A stretch of DNA of 64,000 nt from Polyangiaceae bacterium (GCA_044376115.1 JBILLK010000008.1:32001-96000), one strand, 5' to 3'; positions 18,750-28,837 are shown, numbered from the stretch's first letter. Translations and numbers: made by a program. Notes: a model not told the origin generated them from the letters alone.

Positions 18750-20084
18750 ATGCGTCCCTTCACCGCGCGCGAGCTAGCCGTCAATGTCGCTGGCATCGCT
18801 CGCCAATACCCGGCCTTTCGCCTGAGGCCATTCCTGCCGCTGGCGCGCACGCGGCAGTACCAACTGCAGGCGTTGCAACGGCTGCTGGCGCACGCCGAAC
18901 GGGCGGTGCCGCTGTACCGTGAGAAGTTCCGCAAAGCGGGCGTACAAGCGCGCGACCTACGGTCACTCGCGGACTTCGCTCACTTCCCGACCACCAGCAA
19001 AGACGAAGTTTTAGCCGCCTATCCCGAGGGCGCTTTGAGCCGCGGGCTCGCTGCCGAGCGCTGCCTCGTGTCCAAGAGCTCCGGCTCGACCGGACAGGTG
19101 CTGGAAGTCGTTCATCAGGCGGACCAGCTCGCAATCCAAGGCCTGGCGATGAATCGGCTGTTATCGCTCTATGGGCGCTATTGGCCGTGGGACCGATTTG
19201 TTTATGTGTATACAGCGCCGTATCCAGCGCATTCATTGCTGGGCGCCTGGCCGATGCACTTCTTGCCCACGCTCGCTCCAACGGCCGAGCTGGTGCGCCA
19301 ATTAGAGCAATTGAGGCCCACGTTGTTGGCCTGCTACCCAAGTCATTTGCGCGCGTTAGCCGAGGAGCTTGGGGCCAAGCGCTGCAGGGCTCTTGCGCTG
19401 CGGGCCATCTCGGTCTCCTCGGAGGCCTCCAGTGCGCAGGAGCGTGCCGAGCTCGGGGCGATGTTCGGCTGCGGCGTCTATGATGAATATTCGACCGAGG
19501 AACTAACGCGCATAGCGGCGCAATGTCGCTTTGGCGCATACCACCTGTTCGAGGATGTCGCCTACATCGAGACGCTCGATGAGGCCGGCCAATCGACAGC
19601 AGCCGTGGGCGAGGTCGTCGGGACGTACCTCCACAACTTCGCGATGCCGTTCATTCGCTATCGGCAGGGGGATCTGGCTCGCGTCAGCGTCGGCGGCGGC
19701 TGCCGCTGCGGGTACCAGTTCCGCTCGCTCAGTGAGCTCGTGGGCCGCAAGCTCGCAAGCTTCACCCTGCCCAGCGGCCGCGTACTCAGCTCCGGCTTTC
19801 TGCTGGATGCGTCCTACAGCTTTCTCTTGGATATCGGCGCCGATCTGGCCGGCTTCACCATCACCCAAGAGACGCTCGATCGCGTGCTAATTGAGCTATT
19901 GCCCGGCAAGCACTACAGCGCAGACAGCAGCGAACAGGTGCGCAGGCGCTTCCTCGAGCTGGTCGCCGAGCCGATCCACGTAGAGGTCAAGCTGGTCTGT
20001 AGCCTCCGCCGCGGGCCCGCCGGGAAACACAACCCGATTGTCTCCAAGCTGCATTCAAGCACTGGAAGCAGCAAGCCGGGCTAG
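18750..20084 (+). CDS. Phenylacetate-CoA ligase/CapK-like adenylate-forming enzyme
   Basis: VPLYR, KSSGSTG, DEYSTEE, AMPFIRYRQGD. Confidence 0.85.
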   Translation: MRPFTARELAVNVAGIARQYPAFRLRPFLPLARTRQYQLQALQRLLAHAERAVPLYREKFRKAGVQARDLRSLADFAHFPTTSKDEVLAAYPEGALSRGLAAERCLVSKSSGSTGQVLEVVHQADQLAIQGLAMNRLLSLYGRYWPWDRFVYVYTAPYPAHSLLGAWPMHFLPTLAPTAELVRQLEQLRPTLLACYPSHLRALAEELGAKRCRALALRAISVSSEASSAQERAELGAMFGCGVYDEYSTEELTRIAAQCRFGAYHLFEDVAYIETLDEAGQSTAAVGEVVGTYLHNFAMPFIRYRQGDLARVSVGGGCRCGYQFRSLSELVGRKLASFTLPSGRVLSSGFLLDASYSFLLDIGADLAGFTITQETLDRVLIELLPGKHYSADSSEQVRRRFLELVAEPIHVEVKLVCSLRRGPAGKHNPIVSKLHSSTGSSKPG

Positions 20085-20179
20085 ATGCCCGTGCTAACTA
20101 GCCGCAGCGCTACCAAGCGCCAACAGCAGGAAGACAACCACGACGGCGAGAGAAGCGATGTGCCTTTGACGATTCGACA

Positions 20180-21553
20180 TTAGCTGCCTTCCAAAAGTGG
20201 TGGTGGAGCCGTCCAAGCGGGCGGCCGATGCGGACAGAGGACCACAGCAAGGGCGCAGCCAGCAAGGATCGAAAGCACGTCCTCACCAGCATAGGTCCCA
20301 GCGACGACACCGAAAGCTTGCCCGAGCTCCAATCCCACAGCGACAACGGCTGCCAAGGCGACCCAGCCAAGGCGGGCCCGGCCCGTGCCGCCCGACCAAA
20401 TCAGCAGCAGGGCGGAGGTAAGTGCATAGGCCCATAAAAAATCGGGCAACACGTAGCTGAGCGTCTCTGGCAGCCAATCCACGAAGCGGCCGCCATAGGG
20501 AAACCAGGCCAGACTGCGCGGCAGCGTCGCACGGCACGTCAAATAGAGCGCCACCCCCAAGACGATCGGGAAGGCGACGTGCGCCCCGAAGCGCAGCAGC
20601 GCAACCTCGCGTGCGCTTTGCGCAAGGAGCACCGGCTCCGGCGCGGTGTTCCCCTCGCGATCCACCGTCTCCGCGATGGCGCCAGAGCGCAGCGGAGCGG
20701 AGCGCGCAAAGCCCCGCAACAACGAAGCGAGCGGAAGCACGGGCGGGAACCCAGCCTCTTGGGCGAGCAACCTACGCAGGCGAGGCAGGTTGAAGAACGG
20801 GACTCCGGGATAATGGTGGTGCTCCCAATGCATACCAATGTTGTGCGGCATGACCAGCCAAGCCACCCACGTGGGCAGGCCGATGCGGTGGGTGTCACGC
20901 GTGCCGAGGTGCTCGGTCCAAATCCGTAGCCGCACGCCCGACCAGAACACCGTGGCAATGGCCGCCACGAACAAGATGGGCACCCAAAGCGCGTCCAGCG
21001 ACCAAGCCATCAACGCCACGAGCGACCAATACAGTAAAAAGCCAAGCGCTTCAGCGACGCTCACCGGGCGGGTCAAACGCCCCGCTACCGCCAGGTGCGG
21101 TAGCCCCCCCAACACCAAGTCGGAGAGGAAGTCCCGCGTTACGTTGAACGGCGAAGCGGGCAGCGCCCATTGCTTCATCGCGCGCTTGTGGCTGATCTCC
21201 GGGTCCCCTTCGGTGCCGAGCAGCTTGTGATGCGCAAAGTGGTAACGCCGGTATCCACCAAGCGTCAATCCGAGCGGCCACGCGGCCAAGACGCTCCCCA
21301 GCGCGTCATTGAGCCAGCGACGGCGTGAAACGAGCCCGTGTGCGGCATCATGAAAAAGCGCCCCAAGCGCCTGCTGGCGCGAGCCCAGGGGAAACAGCGC
21401 CAGCGCATAAGCCAGCGGATGATCAAGCTCCGCAGCGCCTACGAGCGTGGCCACCACCACAGCCCAATCGCCGAGCGCCGCCACCACAAACCGCAACGGA
21501 TTGGGCCTGCTCAATTCGGCGACTTGGGGTTCGAGCTCAGCCACGCAAAGCAC
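20180..21553 (-). CDS. Membrane fatty acid desaturase/hydroxylase with an extra C-terminal membrane domain
   Basis: His boxes HDAAH, HFAHH, HWEHH and TEH; additional ~130-aa hydrophobic C-terminus. Confidence 0.85.
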   Translation of the reverse strand: MLCVAELEPQVAELSRPNPLRFVVAALGDWAVVVATLVGAAELDHPLAYALALFPLGSRQQALGALFHDAAHGLVSRRRWLNDALGSVLAAWPLGLTLGGYRRYHFAHHKLLGTEGDPEISHKRAMKQWALPASPFNVTRDFLSDLVLGGLPHLAVAGRLTRPVSVAEALGFLLYWSLVALMAWSLDALWVPILFVAAIATVFWSGVRLRIWTEHLGTRDTHRIGLPTWVAWLVMPHNIGMHWEHHHYPGVPFFNLPRLRRLLAQEAGFPPVLPLASLLRGFARSAPLRSGAIAETVDREGNTAPEPVLLAQSAREVALLRFGAHVAFPIVLGVALYLTCRATLPRSLAWFPYGGRFVDWLPETLSYVLPDFLWAYALTSALLLIWSGGTGRARLGWVALAAVVAVGLELGQAFGVVAGTYAGEDVLSILAGCALAVVLCPHRPPAWTAPPPLLEGS

Positions 21554-21607
21554 GCTTGTCCGGGCACGTTACGGCGACAAGAGCGCTGGTGGCGTCGCGT
21601 CCATGGT

Positions 21608-22636
21608 ATGAGCTCGCTGATGAGTCGGGGCGCTGTGGCGGGAGAATGGCTGCATTCGTCGGCCTTGCCGCATCGGCTCCCACCGCAAGCCTACTATGCT
21701 GAGGACCATCACCAGCTCGAGCAGACAAAAGTCTTCGCCGACGCCTGGCATCCGATCGCCACCGTACACGAGCTAGCTGCGGGGCCTATTCGCCGGCGCT
21801 TGGGCGAGCAGACCCTTCGAATCACGTTGCTGCAGCAGGGCGAGAAGCCTGTGGTCGAGGTGCTCGAGCTCGCGCATCCCGCCTCGCGGCGCGGCCTTCG
21901 AGAGGTTCGCCACGAAGAGCTCGGCGCGTTTGTGTTCGTCACGGTTGGTGAGGACGCACCTGCGCTCGTTCAGTCGCTCGATGAGCATAGTGTTCGGCTG
22001 CTGCAACAGCCGAGGAGCCGGTTCCTGCGTCAGGTCGCGATGCTCGAGCAGGTTCAGCCGTGCAATTGGAAGGTCCCGCTCGAGAACGTGCTCGAGAGCT
22101 ATCACGTAGCGGCACTACACAACAATTGGCTCGCTCGTCACCCGGAGCTGTTCAAGGTGTTTAGTGGCAATCGGAGTCCCGGGCCTGCACATCGGCTGCT
22201 TGACAGTTCAACCTCCTACTTTGATTCTTTGGGCGCAGACTCAACGCTCTACCGCCAGCTGCTTAGGCGGCTCGCACCTCTGGCTAGCACCGACTATATC
22301 CACCATCATCAGTTCCCCAACCTGATTATCGGCCATACCGCTATCTTTCATTTCGTGCAGACAGCGCTTCCACTTACGAGCACGAGTTCTCTTACGCGGA
22401 TGTGGCTACTGCTCGAGCTCGGGCGCGCGCCAAGCCAACTCGAGCAGCTGCTCAGCGGCCTCACCTCCAACCTTGCGCGACGCTTCATCGAGCGGGTGAT
22501 GCAGGAGGATGCAGCTGTCTACGCTGCGGTCCAGCGCGGGCTCGCCTCCAGCCGCAACGCTGGCGTGCTTGGCACCCGCGAGGAGCGCATCCACCAGTTC
22601 CACAACTATCTGATAAATCGTGTCGAGGCCGCATGA
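21608..22636 (+). CDS. Rieske oxygenase alpha-subunit paralogue lacking the [2Fe-2S] ligands
   Basis: CNWKVPLENVLESYHVAALH...QED retained; no CxH or CxxH; start uncertain (about 21608-21636). Confidence 0.8.
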   Translation: MSSLMSRGAVAGEWLHSSALPHRLPPQAYYAEDHHQLEQTKVFADAWHPIATVHELAAGPIRRRLGEQTLRITLLQQGEKPVVEVLELAHPASRRGLREVRHEELGAFVFVTVGEDAPALVQSLDEHSVRLLQQPRSRFLRQVAMLEQVQPCNWKVPLENVLESYHVAALHNNWLARHPELFKVFSGNRSPGPAHRLLDSSTSYFDSLGADSTLYRQLLRRLAPLASTDYIHHHQFPNLIIGHTAIFHFVQTALPLTSTSSLTRMWLLLELGRAPSQLEQLLSGLTSNLARRFIERVMQEDAAVYAAVQRGLASSRNAGVLGTREERIHQFHNYLINRVEAA

Positions 22637-23196
22637 GACTGCGACTTGCTCTTCCAGCCCTGCTCGCCCTCTATCATCCGCTCGTCGCCCTGGCGGACGA
22701 GCCGAGCGACCCTGGCTCCGATTGGACGACGCGGGATAGTGGGCTTCGCATCGGCGTTGGCGGCGGGCTTGAATTTGCTGCCTTCCCGATCTTTCCGAGC
22801 GCGGTCAGCACAGTCTTCGAGGCCAACTTCGACCTGCGCTTGGCGCGAGCCGTGGACCTGCGCCTCGCAGGCTCGCTCGGGTTGCTACTCGGCCAGGCGG
22901 ACGATACCTACTTGGCCTTTCTTCCGGGGGCCTTGGCCTCGCTCCGGATCAACCCTGCTCCCTACTATTCATTGTGGCTCGGCTATGGCGCCAAGCTCGG
23001 GGTTGCGGCGGAGCTCGACGACGCAGATTCGCTGGGAGTGCTGCCGCTGCACGGCCCTTCACTTTCATTCTCGAGCTTCCGCTTTGGTTCGCGCGGCCAG
23101 TTTGAGCTGGACCATTGGGGGACGTTCTTCGTGGCGCCGTTCTGGGGTTACGGCGCGAGTCTGCTGCTGCGCTACAGTTTCCCCGAGTCGAGCTAG
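22633..23196 (+). CDS. Secreted or outer-membrane beta-strand-rich protein
   Basis: ATGA overlap with the upstream gene; signal peptide; amphipathic strands ending LRYSF. Confidence 0.6.
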   Translation: MRLRLALPALLALYHPLVALADEPSDPGSDWTTRDSGLRIGVGGGLEFAAFPIFPSAVSTVFEANFDLRLARAVDLRLAGSLGLLLGQADDTYLAFLPGALASLRINPAPYYSLWLGYGAKLGVAAELDDADSLGVLPLHGPSLSFSSFRFGSRGQFELDHWGTFFVAPFWGYGASLLLRYSFPESS

Positions 23197-25364
23197 GCGT
23201 GCGCTACGGCTTTCTCGTCAAGCGGGCGTGTCACCGAAGCCAACAGGCTGACGCTGACCGGGATACCGCTAAAAGCTGCATTGCCCGATAGCTCATCGAC
23301 CTCCTGATCATCGGTTAGGTCATTGAGGCTCACGCCAGCGTGCGCCTCGGCGACCCGCATCCGCGTACCGGGGCGGGAATGACCAAAGCCGTGCGGCAAA
23401 CTCACCACGCCGCGCATCACCTCATCGGAGAGCTCGAGCGGCACCTGGACGGCTCCCACCCGCGAGCGGACCTCCACCACTGTACCTGACAAAAGCCCGC
23501 GGGCGTTCGCGTCCTCCGGGTGCATCAGCAAGGTGCAGCGCGCAGGGCCTTTTACCAACGCCTGGCTATTGTGCATCCAGGAGTTGTTGGAGCGCAGGTG
23601 CCTACGACCAATCAACAAGAGCGAATCCCCCACCTCGGCACGGCGCTTGGAAAGCACCCGGTAGGCCTCGCGCAACAGCTCCCTCGGCGCGAGCGCGATG
23701 CGCTTATCTTTGGTCTCCAGAATGCCCGGTAGCCTCGGCTCGAGCGCCCCAAGATCGAGCCCGTGCGGGTGCTTGCGTAGCTCCGCCAAGGTGAGCCCGC
23801 GGCCACGCACACCGTGCGGCCCGAGCCGCACCAGCACGTCCAAGAGGCCCTCCGGCCCCAATTGGCTGCCAAGTCGATAGAGCCACGCGCCCAGCGTCCC
23901 TTGTGCGCCCTGGCTCTCGAGTCGCAAACCGAGCCCAAGCCTGAGCAGCAGCTCCCAATCTTGCTTGCCCGACGAAGGGATCGGCGCGGGCACATACTTC
24001 GCCACGTTGCGCACCGCAAAAGCATTGATCGCAATATCGTAATGCGAGCGCTCGACCGGGGAGACGGCCGGGAGAATGACCGTCGCATGGCGCGTGGTCT
24101 CGTTTACATAGCTATCGACGCAGACCATCATCTCGAGCGTCGCGAAAGCTCGATCCAGCCGCGGACCGTTCGGCGCCGAGAGCACCGGGTTGCCCGCCAC
24201 TGTCAGCAGCGCCCTTACCTGGCCTTCTCCTGCCGTCTCGATCTCGTCGGCCAAGGTGGCAATGGGTAGCTCGCCCGAAACCTCGGCGAGCCCGCGCACC
24301 CGACTCTTGAAGCGACCGTGCCCCTTGAGTCCAAGGATCGCCGCGAGCTTGGTTACCTCGACAGCTGGGGTGGTGAACATCGCGCCGCCTTCCCGGTCGA
24401 GGTTGCCGCTCACCACGTTGAGCGCCGTGAGCAGCCAGGCCGCGAGCGTGCCAGAGCGTTGGTGGCACATGCCCACTCGGCCGTAGGCCGCAGCGCGCCC
24501 AGCCGCCGCGAACTCGTCGGCCAGCCGCCGAATCGTCTCAACGGAGATACCAGTCTCCTCACTCGAGCGAGCAAGCGGGCAGGTCCGCACCAGCTCCTTG
24601 AGTTGGTCAAAGCCGTGCCAATGCTCGCTGGGCTGACCGAGCCCCCGCTCGATCAAGAGGACGTGCAGCAGGCCCAAGAGGAAGTAAGGATCGCTCGCAG
24701 GCCGCAGGAACACGTGCTCACTCGCGAGCTCCGCCGTCTCGCTCCTGCGTGGGTCAACGACCACCACCTTACCGCCGCGCTCTTTGATCGCGAGCAGCCT
24801 CCGCTTCATATCGGGCGCAGTCATGAGGCTGCCGTTGGAGACCACCGGGTTCGCCCCGAGCACCAATAGAAAGTTGGTGCGGTCCAAATCCGGGACCGGG
24901 ATCAAGAACGGGTTACCGAACATCAGCTCGGCCGCCAACATCTGAGGGACTTGGTCTGCGGAAGAGGCTGAATAGAGATTCTGCGTACCGAGGTTGCGGA
25001 GCACAATCTGCCCAAGCGATAGAAGTCCCAGGTTGTGCGCCGTCGGGTTCCCCTGATAAACGGCTAATGCATTGGGGCCATGCTGGTCGCGAATGCGCTT
25101 CAGACCCTCCGCGGCAAGCCGCTCAGCCTCCTCGTAGCTCGTCTCGCGGAAGCCGCCGGAGGAGGTCCGCACCAGAGGCTTTCGTAGCCGGTCCGGATCT
25201 TCATACAGATCCTTCATGCCGATCACTTTGGGACAAACGAAGCCGCGACTCATCACGTCCTCGGGGTCACCACGAACCTTGCTGATCTGCCCCGCCTCCT
25301 CCGTCACCAGGATCCCACAGGAGGCCTCGCACAATAGGCAACTAGCTACCTTTGAATTGGTCAC
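23193..25364 (-). CDS. Molybdopterin-dependent oxidoreductase
   Basis: CLLCEASCG...CPK 4Fe-4S motif, GANPVVSNG, VVDPRR, RSNNSWMHN, HPEDA; GTG start overlaps the upstream stop. Confidence 0.92.
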   Translation of the reverse strand: MTNSKVASCLLCEASCGILVTEEAGQISKVRGDPEDVMSRGFVCPKVIGMKDLYEDPDRLRKPLVRTSSGGFRETSYEEAERLAAEGLKRIRDQHGPNALAVYQGNPTAHNLGLLSLGQIVLRNLGTQNLYSASSADQVPQMLAAELMFGNPFLIPVPDLDRTNFLLVLGANPVVSNGSLMTAPDMKRRLLAIKERGGKVVVVDPRRSETAELASEHVFLRPASDPYFLLGLLHVLLIERGLGQPSEHWHGFDQLKELVRTCPLARSSEETGISVETIRRLADEFAAAGRAAAYGRVGMCHQRSGTLAAWLLTALNVVSGNLDREGGAMFTTPAVEVTKLAAILGLKGHGRFKSRVRGLAEVSGELPIATLADEIETAGEGQVRALLTVAGNPVLSAPNGPRLDRAFATLEMMVCVDSYVNETTRHATVILPAVSPVERSHYDIAINAFAVRNVAKYVPAPIPSSGKQDWELLLRLGLGLRLESQGAQGTLGAWLYRLGSQLGPEGLLDVLVRLGPHGVRGRGLTLAELRKHPHGLDLGALEPRLPGILETKDKRIALAPRELLREAYRVLSKRRAEVGDSLLLIGRRHLRSNNSWMHNSQALVKGPARCTLLMHPEDANARGLLSGTVVEVRSRVGAVQVPLELSDEVMRGVVSLPHGFGHSRPGTRMRVAEAHAGVSLNDLTDDQEVDELSGNAAFSGIPVSVSLLASVTRPLDEKAVAHA

Positions 25365-25924
25365 GGTTTTTGCGTCCTCTCCTGCGCCTGGCGCACGGCC
25401 TCGACCAAGCCCTGAACGTAGCCAGGTGCAGCGCTGGCAAACTTGGCTGTCCATACCGCTGCCTCGCCCACCGAAGAGAAGACGCGCCGCGGAAATGGCG
25501 AGTGCTGCACTACGATGATCCCGGATAGTACGCTGCGCATCGTAGCCACGCGGAAACCATCTCCGAACACGATGGTTGCGTGGCAGAGCACGCCGCCCAA
25601 GTCTTTCTTCGAGCGCTCGGCGGCGTAAGCGCGAATCGGCCCCGATGGGACCGGCTGGGTACCGTCCACCAGATTGAGCACGATCAGACCCTCAGGATTG
25701 GCTTTCAAGGCCAGCCGCTTGGCGATGGTGGTTGCATCCAACGCTTCAACCGTGACTGTGCGGTAAAAATCGAGGATGAAGACGTTCCGCCACGCGGTGA
25801 AGTGGTAACCCTCTCCGGAAGCAAGGCAGCGCAGCTCAGTCAAGGACAGCAGGGTGACCCAAAATCCGATACAACTCAAGGCCGTAGCCGAGCAATCCAT
25901 GCGACCAGCAGAGAACCGTCTCAA
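25361..25924 (-). CDS. Hypothetical protein (STAS/SEC14-like small myxobacterial type)
   Basis: ATIVFGDGFRVATMRSVLSG...VFSSVGEAAVW; start uncertain. Confidence 0.55.
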   Translation of the reverse strand: MRRFSAGRMDCSATALSCIGFWVTLLSLTELRCLASGEGYHFTAWRNVFILDFYRTVTVEALDATTIAKRLALKANPEGLIVLNLVDGTQPVPSGPIRAYAAERSKKDLGGVLCHATIVFGDGFRVATMRSVLSGIIVVQHSPFPRRVFSSVGEAAVWTAKFASAAPGYVQGLVEAVRQAQERTQKP

Positions 25925-25960
25925 ACCTCGCGCCGAGCGCCTGTACCCGGATGCTAAGTC

Positions 25961-26959
25961 ATGAGCTTATGTGTTGCAGCGGTCTTGCTGATTTCAGCGC
26001 AACTCATCGGCCAAGAGCTTAGCTGCCCAAGCGGGACCAAGCTCGTCACAGGCCAGCACTACGAGAACGTTGAAAGACTTTGCCTCAAGTTCTCGCAAGA
26101 CACCTGCTGGTCCTACTTTCCTTGGCTGATGGCGATCGAAGGCAGAACCACTTCTATCTCTGTATGCATGGATGAATACGAGTGGCCCAATGAGAAGGGC
26201 GCACTGCCTCCGGTGATGATGAAGTTCACCGAGGCCGAGGCCAGCTGTAAGTCGGTCGGCAAACGGCTATGCAGCGAATTTGAATGGGAGCTCGCCTGCG
26301 AGAGTAACGAGGTATTGCCCTTCCTTTACGGCTTTGATTTCAAGAAGCAGGTCTGCGTCAATGACAAGCCCTACAAAGGGTATGACCAAGCCAAGCTCTC
26401 GAGCCTGGACAAGAAGGTTCGAGACCAAGAGACGAAGCGCCTGTACCAAGCAGAGCCCTCCGGCTCACGTGAGGCCTGCGTGAGCGCCTTCGGCGTCCAC
26501 GACCTGATTGGCAACGTGGAAGAGTGGGTCACCACTTCCCGCCCAGAGTGGCCTTACGTCTCCTCGCTCAAGGGCGGTTACTGGGCAAAACCGCGCAGCG
26601 CCTGCCGCGGCACCAATGATTCGCACGGCCCCAACTTCCGCTTTTACGATATTGGCTTTCGCTGCTGCGTCGACCCAACGAGCGCTCAGCCCGTACAGGG
26701 GAGCGGCGCGCAAGCGAGCGCTGCGCCGGCCGTAGCCGGTTACTTGCGCTCACCGTACGAGGCGAACCTGCACTCAATATCGCCGTTCATGATGCGGACG
26801 AGCTTGGAGGGGCGAGCCGGAATGGCCTCCAGCAGCTCGGGCGTACCGCACAATACGCTGGAGTACCCTTCCCCGCCTTTTTTGGGGTTGCTGTTGCGCT
26901 CGACCATGGCGCCAAACGAGCTGAGCAGCTTGGGCGTTAGGCTCATACGATCGCCGTAA
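25961..26959 (+). CDS. FGE-sulfatase (SUMF1) domain secreted protein
   Basis: CMDEYEWPN, GKRLCSEFEWELAC, DLIGNVEEW, GFRCC; 3' end overlaps the next gene antisense. Confidence 0.85.
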   Translation: MSLCVAAVLLISAQLIGQELSCPSGTKLVTGQHYENVERLCLKFSQDTCWSYFPWLMAIEGRTTSISVCMDEYEWPNEKGALPPVMMKFTEAEASCKSVGKRLCSEFEWELACESNEVLPFLYGFDFKKQVCVNDKPYKGYDQAKLSSLDKKVRDQETKRLYQAEPSGSREACVSAFGVHDLIGNVEEWVTTSRPEWPYVSSLKGGYWAKPRSACRGTNDSHGPNFRFYDIGFRCCVDPTSAQPVQGSGAQASAAPAVAGYLRSPYEANLHSISPFMMRTSLEGRAGMASSSSGVPHNTLEYPSPPFLGLLLRSTMAPNELSSLGVRLIRSP

Positions 26960-27882
26960 GGCGGGTTGACCACCATGGTCCACGCTCCCTCGGGCACGGG
27001 TACCGCTATATCGGCTTGGAAGAGCTCGAGCGTCACGCCGGCGCGGCCCGCGTTCTCTTGCGTAACCTCGATCGCCGAGGCCGCTACGTCTCTACCGACG
27101 ATCCTCGGCAATGCGCCCTTCTTCTTCTCGCGCGCCTCGCTAGCGCGCTCGCGGATCGACTCGAGTGCCGCTGCCTCCGTGGAACCGAAGGAGGCCCAGC
27201 GCTGGAAGCCGAACTTCTGCTTCTTCATCAGCCCAGGTGCAACCGCCGAGGATAGCAGCGCTGCCTCGATCACCACCGTACCGGAGCCACACATGGGGTC
27301 GATGAAGGGCGACTGTTGATCCCAGCCCGACATCCGCACCAGCGCCGCAGCGAGCGTCTCTTTCAGCGGTGCCCCGTCATGCCGCGTGCGGTAACCGCGC
27401 GCGAACAAGGCGTCCCCGGCCAAATCGAGATAGAGGGTGGCTTGATTCTGCGCCAGGTGCAGCGACAACAGCACATCCGGATCATCGCGACTCACGTCCG
27501 GTCGCTGGCCTTGCTCCTCGCGAAACTGATCGACCACGGCGTCCTTCACCAACTGCGCCAAGAACTGGGTATGCGTCAGCGCGCTCTTCTTGGAGCTGGC
27601 CCGCACAGCGAAGCTCGTCTTGGTGGAGAGGTGCTCGGCCCAGGTGACCGAGCGAACGCCTTCGTACAGTGCATCCTCGTTGGGCGCATCAAAGGCCGCG
27701 ACCTCGAGCAAGATGCGCTGGGCCACGCGCGAATGAAAGCAGGCGCGCATACCATCAGTGAGGGCTCCCTCGAAGTGCACGCCCCCACGGTCCGCGCGCA
27801 CCGACCGAAGCCGCAGCTCGCGTAGCTCGTCCCGGAGAGCAGGTTCAGTGCCCATCGCTGCAGTCGCAAAAAAGGCGCTCAC
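26740..27882 (-). CDS. THUMP-domain RNA methyltransferase (RlmL-like)
   Basis: RGYR, APLKETLAAA, DPMCGSGT, NPPYG. Confidence 0.9.
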   Translation of the reverse strand: MSAFFATAAMGTEPALRDELRELRLRSVRADRGGVHFEGALTDGMRACFHSRVAQRILLEVAAFDAPNEDALYEGVRSVTWAEHLSTKTSFAVRASSKKSALTHTQFLAQLVKDAVVDQFREEQGQRPDVSRDDPDVLLSLHLAQNQATLYLDLAGDALFARGYRTRHDGAPLKETLAAALVRMSGWDQQSPFIDPMCGSGTVVIEAALLSSAVAPGLMKKQKFGFQRWASFGSTEAAALESIRERASEAREKKKGALPRIVGRDVAASAIEVTQENAGRAGVTLELFQADIAVPVPEGAWTMVVNPPYGDRMSLTPKLLSSFGAMVERNSNPKKGGEGYSSVLCGTPELLEAIPARPSKLVRIMNGDIECRFASYGERK

Positions 27883-27904
27883 AGCGGCTTCTTAGCAGAG
27901 TCGC

Positions 27905-28837
27905 TCAGCGTAAGGGGTCACGACAACAACGGAACCCGACTTCGTAGCCGTAGTCGCTCTCGCCGTGAAAGGTGGTGATGGGCCTGCAGCGATCCCGCAC
28001 CGGCCCCCACCAGCCGCCTTTGAGACCCGCGCGCTTCGAAAAGCCGCGGCCGGGCAACAAGGTCCATTCATTGACGTTGCCGTTGAGATCGTAGACGCCG
28101 TGCTCGGAGACGCACTCCGGCATCGACCCAGCGGGCAGCCGCTGATCGATCGCCTCGAGCGCCGCTTTGCACGCAGGCTCTGCAAGGCAGGCATCGTGCT
28201 TGAGGAAGTTGAAGGTGCGCTTTCGATACTCGCGGTCGAACGAGCACTTCGTCTTGTCTCGCACGAAGCCGGTGACGTGCGGGCGCATCGCCTCGCCTTC
28301 ACACGCGAAGGTGAACTCGACGTCGGTGCATAACCGCTTGCCGATGCTCTCGCAGGTATCCTTCGCCTCCTGCCAGCTGGTTAGATTGCGAGGAATGACC
28401 CCGCGCTGGTTGGGCCACTCGAAGGTATCCATGCAGAAGCTCATCGGCTCGCGCTGTTTGGATAGGCAATCGGACGGCTCACGATAACGTTTGCACTGCT
28501 GCCGCTCGGGTACGCCGGTCACGTTGACCTCGTTCCACTCGAGGCAAACCTGCGACGGAGCCGGGCAGTAGTTGCCTGAAACCAGCCGCATATCGCCTGG
28601 GCAACGCTCCGAGTTCGGCGGCGTCTGCGCGGAGGCAGCGCTGCTCGCCGAGCCGACGGCGCTTGCGGACGGCGCCAGGGTTGGAGAAGGCGGGGCGGTC
28701 GAAGCAACGCTTGCAGCCGAGGTCGCTACTGCATTCGCCGAGCTTTGCTCGCTAGAGCTTCGCTCATTCGAGCAGGCGCCCACCATCGAGACCAGGCCAA
28801 GCGCCACCCCGCTGCGTAGCTCAGGCAGGCCGAACAC
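27905..28837 (-). CDS. FGE-sulfatase domain lipoprotein
   Basis: VGACS lipobox, Ser/Ala linker, KRLC, DLNGNVNEW, GFRCC. Confidence 0.85.
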   Translation of the reverse strand: MFGLPELRSGVALGLVSMVGACSNERSSSEQSSANAVATSAASVASTAPPSPTLAPSASAVGSASSAASAQTPPNSERCPGDMRLVSGNYCPAPSQVCLEWNEVNVTGVPERQQCKRYREPSDCLSKQREPMSFCMDTFEWPNQRGVIPRNLTSWQEAKDTCESIGKRLCTDVEFTFACEGEAMRPHVTGFVRDKTKCSFDREYRKRTFNFLKHDACLAEPACKAALEAIDQRLPAGSMPECVSEHGVYDLNGNVNEWTLLPGRGFSKRAGLKGGWWGPVRDRCRPITTFHGESDYGYEVGFRCCRDPLR

